From NCBI GenBank assembly GCA_963667845.2, contig CAXXVL010000002.1:384001-448000 (forward strand): 64,000 nt of DNA, written 5' to 3'. Below the pieces are notes generated by a model. That model had not been told where the DNA came from. It searched no databases and was given only the letters and a program-made list of their open reading frames with translations. The stretch is from Smithellaceae bacterium. Its GTDB lineage: Bacteria > Desulfobacterota > Syntrophia > Syntrophales > Smithellaceae. Positions 21,684 through 30,249 of this stretch are shown here, piece after piece (the first letter of the stretch is position 1; the number at the start of each line of letters is the position of its first letter). Both the position numbers and the translations under genes were made by a program.

Positions 21684-22601
21684 CTATAATAGATGGCCCA
21701 CGGCCTTCACAAATCTTTCCTTGCGGATGGCCGGCGGCTCGACTCCAACCTGTGATACTCCTTTGTCCCGGAGCTCGGCTATGCGGCTTTGCGGCGAGGG
21801 ATGCGTTTTGGCAAAATCGCTGCCGCCCGGTTTCATCTGTTTAGCCATGACGTTCAGCATGTCGATGAGTGCGCCGGGATTGTATCCCAGCCGCTTCAGG
21901 ATGGCTGCCGACGCCGCGTCAGCCTGGTATTCATACGACCGTGAATAGCCGTTCGTGATCATCGTGTTGGTAATGTCGGATATCACGCCCCCGAACGCCT
22001 GGGTCAGCTGCGCCACCTCCCGCGACCCCAATGATTTTGCGCTCTCCTGAGCCAAGACGGACAGCGCCTCCGTCATGCGCGCTTTTTCGATCGCCTTCAT
22101 GCCGTGCCGCAGCTGAATGTGGCCGATCTCGTGCGCAAGAACGGCCGCCAGAGCGTCTTCCGTGCGGCAGCAGCGAATCAGCCCGCGGGTGATAAAGACA
22201 TGGCCGCCGGGTGTGGCAAAGGCATTGATATCGTCGGAATCCAGAACGAGAAAGTGATACCCGGCGAACAGCTCCGGCATATCCGAGACTTTCGCGAGCG
22301 TCTGACCCAGCACATTAAGGTAGGCGTCGGCCTTGCCATCGGAGGCGGCCGGATATTTAGCGAGCACCACCGCGCCGACGGTCCGACCGATATAGTATTC
22401 CTGCTGGGGCGTAAAATCTTCCAGGCTTTTCGAGACCGCCGCCGTGCTCTTGCGGATGGATTGCCCCTGTTCTTTGCTGATCGTTCCCGTGGCGACTCCG
22501 ACCGAGGTGGCCACGGTTGTCGCCGTTTCCACAGCGGCGCAGCCGATCAATGACATCACGGCGAGCCCAGAGATCATCGTTCGGAAAAAGAGTCTGTTCA
22601 T
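21684..22601 (-). CDS. M48 family zinc metalloprotease lipoprotein
   Basis: Lipobox LIGC, INAFATPGG, AHEIGH, EYQAD, THP. Confidence 0.9.
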   Translation of the reverse strand: MNRLFFRTMISGLAVMSLIGCAAVETATTVATSVGVATGTISKEQGQSIRKSTAAVSKSLEDFTPQQEYYIGRTVGAVVLAKYPAASDGKADAYLNVLGQTLAKVSDMPELFAGYHFLVLDSDDINAFATPGGHVFITRGLIRCCRTEDALAAVLAHEIGHIQLRHGMKAIEKARMTEALSVLAQESAKSLGSREVAQLTQAFGGVISDITNTMITNGYSRSYEYQADAASAAILKRLGYNPGALIDMLNVMAKQMKPGGSDFAKTHPSPQSRIAELRDKGVSQVGVEPPAIRKERFVKAVGHLL

Positions 22602-23101
22602 GGCCTCCCTCCTTCCGCACCGGTCGTCAGATAGCCCTTGGCGATAAAGTCCTCCATCTGCCCGGGAGATATCTTTATCGCTTCCATCTTGTTGATCCAG
22701 GCATAGTCCAGATTCTTATGGCTCTTCCGGTACTGGGATTCAACCTCTTCGCTGAATCCTTTTCCCGCGAGCGCAATTTCGTCGCGCGAAACGGACGACC
22801 CGACGTTTGCCTGCCCGGCCTTGAGTGCAATCTTGGAGCTGGTCAGGGCTGTGCCGTGCATCCATCCCTGAGCTCTTGTGCCGGCCGTCGCTACTTTTTT
22901 CCAGCCGCCCTGCTCCGCAAGCACCGTCACCTGGTCGCCGTAAGATACCCGGGCAACAATTTTTCCCAGATAGGACGGCGTTGCCCGCAGCTCGCCCTCC
23001 TTCACCTGAACACTCATAACTTTCTGTGCTTCAGCAATCGAGCCGAGAAACAGAAGGCTCAACAGCGCGAGGCACATGATTGCCGATCGGTAACGAAGCA
23101 T
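22598..23101 (-). CDS. secreted SH3b-domain protein
   Basis: Signal peptide, LRATPS...YGDQVTVL...GWKKV...GWMH (SH3b), C-terminal ALAGKGFSEEVE. AAGGAGG RBS before the ATG at 23101. Confidence 0.8.
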   Translation of the reverse strand: MLRYRSAIMCLALLSLLFLGSIAEAQKVMSVQVKEGELRATPSYLGKIVARVSYGDQVTVLAEQGGWKKVATAGTRAQGWMHGTALTSSKIALKAGQANVGSSVSRDEIALAGKGFSEEVESQYRKSHKNLDYAWINKMEAIKISPGQMEDFIAKGYLTTGAEGGRP

Positions 23102-23145
23102 ATCAACCTCCTTCTTCAAATCAATCTTCTCAATACTGAACTGAC

Positions 23146-25218
23146 CTAAAAACAGTTGTTGATTTTTCTTTGGCGAAGTTCCGCGAGCTTTCCCTTGTTC
23201 CAGCCGGAAATCTTGCTGTAATATTTTGTAAGCTGCGCGATGCCTTCCACATCGGACGAATCGCAATAGAGGCACCGGTCATTAATTCCGCGGGCTGTCT
23301 TTCCACAGGCCAGACAGGACGTGAACTCCGGTGTAAAGTCGATCCGGCGATTGGCCGTTTGATCAAACGTATAGCGCACAAAGCGGACAAGAGCATGAGC
23401 GCCGGGATTGGCGGCACCCAGTTGCAGGTGAGTGATAACGTCCCCCGCCAGGAAGCGATGGAATCTGCCCTCCTCAAGAACTCTCTCGGCGGGTGAAACA
23501 TCCGCCGCCGCATTGAGATGCGTAGAATTCGTATAATAGATGGAGCCTTCGGCGATATCGCCCTGGACGAAGCGTCCCGCAATCGGCGAGTAATACTTCA
23601 GATCCAGCCTCGCGAAGCGATAAGCCGTCGTCTCCGCCGGCGACTGTTCCAGAACGAACTTCATTCCGAGTTCAGAGCTTAAGCGCTCGGCTTCCCGCTC
23701 CAGAAAATCAACCACTTTGAGGCCAAAATCCATGGCGCAGGCGGACTCGTGCAATTCACTGCCCAAAAAGATCTGCGCGAGCTCCGCAAGGCCCACGAGA
23801 CCGATGATGTAATAAGCGCGGTTCATTCTCAAAAACGGATGACCATCGGTGTTCATCGCCAAAACGGCCAGCGGTCCCTGCTCCGCGTAAGACAGAAGTT
23901 TTTCCAGAAAGTCTTTTTTCTGGATATGGGCTTTGGCCGCCGTCGCCATCAGGTCTTTTAAACAGGCGAAAAGCGTCTCTTCGTTGCCCGCGGCTTTATA
24001 TCCCTGCCGGGGCAAATTCAACGTCACGCTTTGCACTGCCGCACTGCGGAGTAACCAGGGTTTGGCAAGCTCGTCTTTTGCAGAAGCGGCACTCGGAAAG
24101 AAAGGGTTGAAACATCCGCGAGCCGCTGCGTCGGTTCCCCGGTCGAAGACAAAGCAGGTATTTCCCTGGCAGCAGGCAACCTCACAGGCCAGACGAAGTA
24201 AATCATCCGCACCGGGCTCCTTCCAGAAGGCATCGTTCACATGCAGGAGCGGCCGGGGCAGAATAAACGGTTTGCCTGTCGCATCGCCTTTTTTGAAGAC
24301 TTCGAAGATCGCACGGGTGAAACGTTGCGCCTCGGGTACGTAGTCCCGGTACGTTTTTCCGGAGGAGGTGCCGGCAGGTCCGACAGCCGGCAGGTCCGCC
24401 CAGATTTCGGGCATGTCATAGTAGAGGTGAATGTCGGTATAGAGCGCCTGACCGCCGCGGGTGGCCGAAAGCTGAGAAAACTCATAAACCAGCATCTGAG
24501 CAAACTGGCGGATTTCTTTGTCCGTCTTACCGGTCAGATAAGGAGCAAAGGAAATGTTGAGGGCATCCCAGCTTACCGTGCCGGTAAAATGCCCCTGCAG
24601 GATGGCGCTGAAACGCACCATATGCGCGAGCAGAACTTCCGCGTGCTTGGCGGGTTTGGCGGAATTAATGGCGTGCGGCAGCTTTAATCCGAAAAGCTTC
24701 AGATATTCGAGCGACTGGCAGCAGCTGTAAGGACGGTCAATGTAGCCCAAACCGTGAATATGCAGATCGCCCACCTTGTGCGCTTCGCCCACGTCCATCG
24801 AGAAAACATCGTAGAGTGAAAATTCCCTTTTAATGCCTTCCGCAAACAGCAGATTCGTGCCCTCCGGGGAATGGGGCGTGTTGGCGTTTTCCTTGTTCTG
24901 ATGCAGGATAAGTTCGCGCACGTCATAGAGGGGAAATCCCAGGCGGCCGTGAAGGCGCCTTTCTTTTTCCAGCCCCCGTTCGATTAGCTTGGCATTCACC
25001 AGTTCCCGCACGAGGGACGTCGTCAAAAGGCCGATGCCCGAGGCAACAATTTGTTTTTCCACGTCTCTGGAAATTTCCGCCGCCAGGAGATAATCAATGT
25101 CTGCTTCGCGCAGAAGCGCATCTACAATGCGCTGGCGGTTCCAGGGCGCAATTTCTTCTCCGGACGTCCGGATAAATAACGTCAAATCTGTCGTTTCGGA
25201 TGGGTCAGTCATATTCAC
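23146..25218 (-). CDS. nrdD: class III (anaerobic) ribonucleotide reductase NrdD homologue with ATP cone; glycyl-radical motif absent
   Basis: N-terminal ATP cone, NKENAN, GDLHIH, RGGQ, VTLNLPR, PAETTAYRFA, YYTNS, CxxC-CxxC Zn site, WNKGKLAE. RxxGY is replaced by QLTKY. Confidence 0.85.
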   Translation of the reverse strand: MNMTDPSETTDLTLFIRTSGEEIAPWNRQRIVDALLREADIDYLLAAEISRDVEKQIVASGIGLLTTSLVRELVNAKLIERGLEKERRLHGRLGFPLYDVRELILHQNKENANTPHSPEGTNLLFAEGIKREFSLYDVFSMDVGEAHKVGDLHIHGLGYIDRPYSCCQSLEYLKLFGLKLPHAINSAKPAKHAEVLLAHMVRFSAILQGHFTGTVSWDALNISFAPYLTGKTDKEIRQFAQMLVYEFSQLSATRGGQALYTDIHLYYDMPEIWADLPAVGPAGTSSGKTYRDYVPEAQRFTRAIFEVFKKGDATGKPFILPRPLLHVNDAFWKEPGADDLLRLACEVACCQGNTCFVFDRGTDAAARGCFNPFFPSAASAKDELAKPWLLRSAAVQSVTLNLPRQGYKAAGNEETLFACLKDLMATAAKAHIQKKDFLEKLLSYAEQGPLAVLAMNTDGHPFLRMNRAYYIIGLVGLAELAQIFLGSELHESACAMDFGLKVVDFLEREAERLSSELGMKFVLEQSPAETTAYRFARLDLKYYSPIAGRFVQGDIAEGSIYYTNSTHLNAAADVSPAERVLEEGRFHRFLAGDVITHLQLGAANPGAHALVRFVRYTFDQTANRRIDFTPEFTSCLACGKTARGINDRCLYCDSSDVEGIAQLTKYYSKISGWNKGKLAELRQRKINNCF

Positions 25219-26633
25219 ACGTTCGTCGGAATGGATTTTTCGATATTGCCCAGGGCCGCTTCCGCAGCCTTTGCCAGCTCTTCATCATGATCATGATTAA
25301 GAGCAAACACGCGGAAGTGCCGGACCCGTGCCGGAATAAAACGATAAATTTCGTTTAAGGGCTCGGGGGACGTTTGTCCGGTTAACGGATTAAAGATGTT
25401 GATCTGCTTGCCGGGCTCCGCGATCGGGTTCAGGGGACGGGGGTCCTGCGTAGCCACATCGACACGGAATGCCAGACGCCGCAGTCTGACGGGCAGATGC
25501 TCCCTGATTTTGGTTTCATAATTTCCGGCGCCGGCAAATACCGTACCGCGTTGAATCTGGTCGATAGAGATTTCGGCGGCAAAAGCCATTTTCCATTTCA
25601 GTTTACGCGCGTGAATTTTTTGCCACTCGAGGGCCAGTTTGCGCTTCCGGCCGTCCTTTGCCGAAAGCCAGCTCCGGACGGAGCTGAAGAGCGACCACTC
25701 GTCGCATTCGAGGTAAAGATCGAGATTCTTAACCGGACTTACCGGATAAATAACCCGCAGGGTGTCGGAGAATATTTCCCGTAAATGCAGATCCAGCGCG
25801 CGTGTTGTGCGGTGGAAATAAACATTGCTGTATAAATTGAGCCGGGCGTTAAGAAAACGCCTGAGCGCCGAAATGCCGGACTGGTGCAGGGCCAGGCCGT
25901 CTTTTGTAAAAAATGTATAGTAGCGCAGGCGCGGCATATCGACCATATCCAGAGAAAAACCCGTCATATAAGCGTCGCGCTGAACATAGTCGAGATTGTC
26001 GACCGTGTAAATGCCCGAGAACAATTGACGGAGCCACTGCAGCCAGCGCGGCGGTTTCGTCTCCTCGCGCCCGGCGGGTTGTTTGATGAGATAAGCAACC
26101 TGCCGCGGATCCAAATGCTCCCCGCGGGCAAAAGCCCCGGACGGACCGCGGTTAATGCGGGAAATCAAAGCGCCCATTTTTTTGACAATGATCAGCCGGC
26201 CGACATCTTCATGGGTCATCCCCCAGTCCGCCAGATAATGTTCATCAAAAAAATGGCCGAAAGGGCCATGGCCGACGTCATGCAGGAGTCCGGCCAGCCG
26301 CAGCAATTCTTCGACATAATTCAGCGACGGTGTGTCCGGACAAATATCTTTGAGGCTGGGATACAGATGACGGGCAAACTCTCCGGCAACATGCATCGTT
26401 CCCAGTGAATGCTGAAAACGGGTATGTTCGGCCGCCGGATAAACCCACCTCGCGCTCTGCAGCTGATAAATGCGGCGCAAACGCTGCATCCAGGGAGAAT
26501 CGATAATGTCCTTTTCCGTCTTTTCCGCAGGGTCATCTTCCCGCGGCACGGTAAAGAAGGCATACGAGTGAATCGGATCGGCAATCAGGGCCATCCCGGC
26601 ATAAGCACTGGATGAAAAACTTTTCTCTTTCAT
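25215..26633 (-). CDS. HD-domain phosphohydrolase, SAMHD1/EF1143-like (putative dNTP triphosphohydrolase)
   Basis: DPIH, QRLRRIYQL, YPAAEHTRFQHSLG, LLHDVGHGPFGH, VDNLDYVQRD, YSNVYFH. Confidence 0.85.
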   Translation of the reverse strand: MKEKSFSSSAYAGMALIADPIHSYAFFTVPREDDPAEKTEKDIIDSPWMQRLRRIYQLQSARWVYPAAEHTRFQHSLGTMHVAGEFARHLYPSLKDICPDTPSLNYVEELLRLAGLLHDVGHGPFGHFFDEHYLADWGMTHEDVGRLIIVKKMGALISRINRGPSGAFARGEHLDPRQVAYLIKQPAGREETKPPRWLQWLRQLFSGIYTVDNLDYVQRDAYMTGFSLDMVDMPRLRYYTFFTKDGLALHQSGISALRRFLNARLNLYSNVYFHRTTRALDLHLREIFSDTLRVIYPVSPVKNLDLYLECDEWSLFSSVRSWLSAKDGRKRKLALEWQKIHARKLKWKMAFAAEISIDQIQRGTVFAGAGNYETKIREHLPVRLRRLAFRVDVATQDPRPLNPIAEPGKQINIFNPLTGQTSPEPLNEIYRFIPARVRHFRVFALNHDHDEELAKAAEAALGNIEKSIPTNV

Positions 26634-26670
26634 AGCAAATGTTTACAATATTATATTCAAAAGATCAAAT

Positions 26671-26769
26671 TTAATCCCGCTGACGCGGGACGAGCCTTAA
26701 TTCTCCACAGCTTGCTCAGAAATAATGACGTCCATTTCATCCTCGACACTTGCCGCCAGGTGGTTGATT
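26671..26769 (+). repeat. REP/MITE-like palindromic element, copy 2 (degenerate middle)
   Basis: ttaatcccgctgacgcgggacgagccttaatt...cctcgacacttgccgccaggtggttgatt. Confidence 0.75.
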
Positions 26770-27002
26770 GATGCCTCAAGGACCCTTTTGATCAGACGAC
26801 CGCGAAGAAGACATCACGCCAGAGATATTTTTTAGATCAGCCTGCTTCCGGGCATTGCAGGCATCGCGGTTTGCCTGAGGCCTTACCTCGGCAACATTCT
26901 GAGTCGAAAAAATCTGCGATAAACACTTTGACAGATTCCTTCAATGTGGTAACCACATGTCCATCTGGTTTTCAGATGATATCAATTTGGGAGAACACCT
27001 GC

Positions 27003-29087
27003 ATGAAAAACTTCTTTGCACCCGAGTCCGTTGCCGTCATCGGCGCAAGCCCGCGCGAAGGCAACCTGGGATTTCAGATCATCACCAACCTGCGTTATGG
27101 CTTCACGGGCCGTATTTACGCCGTGAACCCCAATTACCCGGACATCATGTCCCTGCCCTGCTATCCGACGGTTACGGCTATCCCCGATTCCGTCGATCTC
27201 GCAATCATCATCGTTCCCGCCCCGGCCGTGCCTGCAGCGCTCGCCTCCTGCGGACGCAAGGGGATCCGCTGTGTTATCATCGAAAGCGCCGGTTTTGCCG
27301 AAACCGGCGAAGAGGGCCGCCTGCTTCAGGAGCGCTGCCTCGCGATTGCGCGTGAGGCCGGCATCCGCGTCTGGGGACCCAACTGCATGGGAATGGTCGA
27401 TGTCCCGAAAAAATTCTTTTTTACTTTCATGCACCCGAATATTTACCAGGACGGACTGGTTGAGGGCCGCATTTCCATGGTCGTGCAAAGCGGCATGCTG
27501 TCCGCGGGATTTCTGGTCGACCTGATGAGCGAGCGCGCCGTGGGGATCGCGAAAGCCTGTTCCATCGGAAACAAAATGGACATCGATGAATGCGATGTTC
27601 TGGAATATCTTCTTGGCGACGATGAAACAGACGCTGTCGCCCTCTACCTCGAATCAATTGTCCGCGGGCGGCGGTTTCTGGAACTGGCCGAACGTGCCGT
27701 AAAACCGATTGTCCTGCTCAAGGGCGGGAAAAGCGCGGCGGGAGCAAAAGCCGCCCTGTCGCACACTTCCAGTCTGGCCGGCAACGCCCGCCTGCAGGAC
27801 TCCCTGATGTCCCTGGCCGGCGTAACCATTGCGCGTGATTTTCAGCAGATGATGGAGGTCGCCCGGGCGCTCGCCATGATCGGGCAGACCCCTGCCAACT
27901 GCCGCACGGCCATTATGACCTTCAGCGGCGGCGCCGGAATTCTGTCCTGCGATTTGCTTGAACAGCAGGGGCTGCGCGTCGCGGAACTTTCTCCTTCCAC
28001 AAAGCGGGACCTCGCTTCCGTCTTCCCGGACTGGCTTCCGGCGTCCAATCCGGTGGACATGTTCCCCGCCTTCGCCCTCAAAGGCCCGATGGCCGCTTAT
28101 GACAGTGCATTCAATGCCGTGGTCAAAGACCCGAAAGTGGATGTCATCTTCCTGCATTTCTTTGTCGGCCTCTACCCCAACTACGACCGGTTGAAGCGCT
28201 TCAAGGAAGCCGCGGACCGCGAGAAGAAGGTTTTGATCCTCTGGGTGATCGGCCGGCGCGACGCGCTCAGAACCTTCAAACGTGAGGCGCAGGATGCTTC
28301 CATTCCGGTGCACGGGGAACTGTTTCGCGCGGTCGAATGCCTGGCGTGCGCGTCCCGCTATGCGCCCCGCAAAAAAGCGGCAACCCTGATCCACCGCGCA
28401 GCGCCCAAACTATTGCCCAAAGCCGCCGCGATTTTGTCCGCCTGCCCCGAACGCATCTGGGACGAATTCGCGAGCAAAAGGCTGCTCAAAACCTATGGCA
28501 TACCGGTGGTGGAAGAAAAGATCGTGGAATCAGCCGCCGCTGCGCAGAGCTTCGCACGCAAAACGGGATTCCCCGTCGTCCTCAAGGGACTCGTCCCCGG
28601 ACAGGTCCATAAAACGGAATCCGGTCTGGTCTGCCTGGGCATCACATCGGCCGCTGTCCTCCGCAAGACGTATGCCGATCTCGTCAAGCGATTGAAAGGC
28701 CGGGGGAAGATTCTGCTGCAGCGGCAACTGCCCGTCGAATACGAATTAATTGTCGGCATGCTGCGGGACCGGCAATTCGGTGCCTGCGTGATGTTTGGTC
28801 TGGGCGGCATCTTTTCCGAACTGCAAAAAGATGTCGTCTTCGCTCCTGCGCCGCTCTCGGCATCGACCGCCAGGGAACTGATCCAGCGCATTTCGGGCAA
28901 GAAACTTCTACAGGGCTTCCGCGGAAGAAAACCGCTCGACATGACACGGATGGCCGGCATCCTGGTGAATCTGGGAAATCTCGCCGCTGCCTCTCCGGAT
29001 ATCGAACAAATCGATATCAATCCGTTGGTGGTCGCCGAGGGAAAGCCTGTCGCCGTTGATGCGACCGTCATCAGGCGTCCGGGGTGA
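27003..29087 (+). CDS. ADP-forming acyl-CoA synthetase (acetate-CoA ligase family), CoA-binding then ATP-grasp domain order
   Basis: VAVIGAS, GPNCMG, QSG, SHTSSLAG (catalytic His), NPVD, HKTE, FGLGG, DINP. Confidence 0.9.
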   Translation: MKNFFAPESVAVIGASPREGNLGFQIITNLRYGFTGRIYAVNPNYPDIMSLPCYPTVTAIPDSVDLAIIIVPAPAVPAALASCGRKGIRCVIIESAGFAETGEEGRLLQERCLAIAREAGIRVWGPNCMGMVDVPKKFFFTFMHPNIYQDGLVEGRISMVVQSGMLSAGFLVDLMSERAVGIAKACSIGNKMDIDECDVLEYLLGDDETDAVALYLESIVRGRRFLELAERAVKPIVLLKGGKSAAGAKAALSHTSSLAGNARLQDSLMSLAGVTIARDFQQMMEVARALAMIGQTPANCRTAIMTFSGGAGILSCDLLEQQGLRVAELSPSTKRDLASVFPDWLPASNPVDMFPAFALKGPMAAYDSAFNAVVKDPKVDVIFLHFFVGLYPNYDRLKRFKEAADREKKVLILWVIGRRDALRTFKREAQDASIPVHGELFRAVECLACASRYAPRKKAATLIHRAAPKLLPKAAAILSACPERIWDEFASKRLLKTYGIPVVEEKIVESAAAAQSFARKTGFPVVLKGLVPGQVHKTESGLVCLGITSAAVLRKTYADLVKRLKGRGKILLQRQLPVEYELIVGMLRDRQFGACVMFGLGGIFSELQKDVVFAPAPLSASTARELIQRISGKKLLQGFRGRKPLDMTRMAGILVNLGNLAAASPDIEQIDINPLVVAEGKPVAVDATVIRRPG

Positions 29088-29238
29088 CGTGCGGGGGCCA
29101 TTCGCGCAGCAACAGGATAAATTCTCTTTGTGACGAATTCAGTTCAATTCCGAATCCGATTATGTTAGATGAACGGGACGGATGCCGATACCTCCGAAGT
29201 ATCGATCTCAATAAATTAAGAAAATAAAGGAGAATGTT

Positions 29239-30129
29239 ATGTTCCCAAAAATATCATCCATCGGATTTACCAGCAGTCTGCTTGTCGTCGCGGTTGCGTG
29301 TCTCGTGGCATTAACGGCCTCTTACGGCATCGCCGCTAAACCGGAGTCCGGAGATATCGTTGCCCGCTGGGGGAAAAAAGTCATCACCAAGCAGGATGTG
29401 GAGGCACGCATCAGCCAATATGCTCCGGAGCTGCAGGAAAAGCTGAAGGACCCCGCGCAGAGGCAGCAATATCTGGAGAGCCTCGTTCAGATTCAGATTG
29501 CCGGAGCGGAGGCTAAAGCGCAGAAACTTGATAAAAGAAAAAACGTCGCCCAGCGCATCGATGACGCGATAAATTCCATCCTGGTACAGGAGTATATCAA
29601 TGATATCGTCAAGAAACTGAAAAAACCCACGGACCAGGAAGCCGAAGCTTTTTTCACTGCGAATAGAAATGACTATACGACCCCGGCTTCGATCCGGGCG
29701 CAGCATATTCTCATTGCCTTAAAGCCCGATGCGAAGCCTGAAGACGTGACGGCGGCCGAGGCCAAGGCGAAGACGGTTTATGACGAACTGGCGGCGGGCG
29801 CGGATTTCGGCAAGCTCGCGGAAAAATACTCGGATGACTCCGAAAGCAAGGGCAAAGGCGGAGATCTGGGAACTTTTAATGCCGCTCAAATGCCGCCCGA
29901 ATTTTCCCAACCGGTACTCGCCATGAAAAAAGACGAACTGGGCCGCCCGTTTCGCACGCCGTTCGGCTTCCATATCGTCAAAGTCAATGATATCATTCCC
30001 GCCCGTCAAATGGAATTCAAAGAAGTAAAGGAAGACGTGCTGACGCGGCTGGACAATGAGAGCCGGGGAAAAGTCGTTTCCGAGGAGCTGGAGCGCCTCA
30101 AGAAGAAATACAAGGTGAAGATTTATTAA
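29239..30129 (+). CDS. parvulin-type peptidyl-prolyl isomerase (PrsA/SurA-like)
   Basis: Signal peptide, RAQHILI, FGKLAEKYSDD, GGDLG, TPFGFHIVK. Confidence 0.9.
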   Translation: MFPKISSIGFTSSLLVVAVACLVALTASYGIAAKPESGDIVARWGKKVITKQDVEARISQYAPELQEKLKDPAQRQQYLESLVQIQIAGAEAKAQKLDKRKNVAQRIDDAINSILVQEYINDIVKKLKKPTDQEAEAFFTANRNDYTTPASIRAQHILIALKPDAKPEDVTAAEAKAKTVYDELAAGADFGKLAEKYSDDSESKGKGGDLGTFNAAQMPPEFSQPVLAMKKDELGRPFRTPFGFHIVKVNDIIPARQMEFKEVKEDVLTRLDNESRGKVVSEELERLKKKYKVKIY

Positions 30130-30140
30130 TCAGCAAGTCA

Positions 30141-30249
30141 TAGGCTGTAGGAAACAGACGTAAAATAAAGCCCGGCGGGAATGTCTTCCCTCCGGGCTTT
30201 ATTTATTCCTAACAGTCTAACAGCCTTCAGCCTACAGTCTAATAGCCTA
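30141..30249. repeat. degenerate 7-8-mer arrays (TAGGCTG/CAGCCTA family) around a terminator
   Basis: taggctg taggaaa on the left; cagtctaa cagcctt cagccta cagtcta atagccta on the right. Confidence 0.55.
30163..30207. terminator. bidirectional terminator
   Basis: aataaagcccgg...ccgggctttatt. Confidence 0.8.

Noticed and set aside
23102..23275. N-terminal extension of the SH3 ORF (likewise the extensions at 2073, 21637, 26871, 48087 and 61649)
   Set aside because: It overlaps the neighbouring gene or precedes the better RBS/ATG; longest-ORF artefact.
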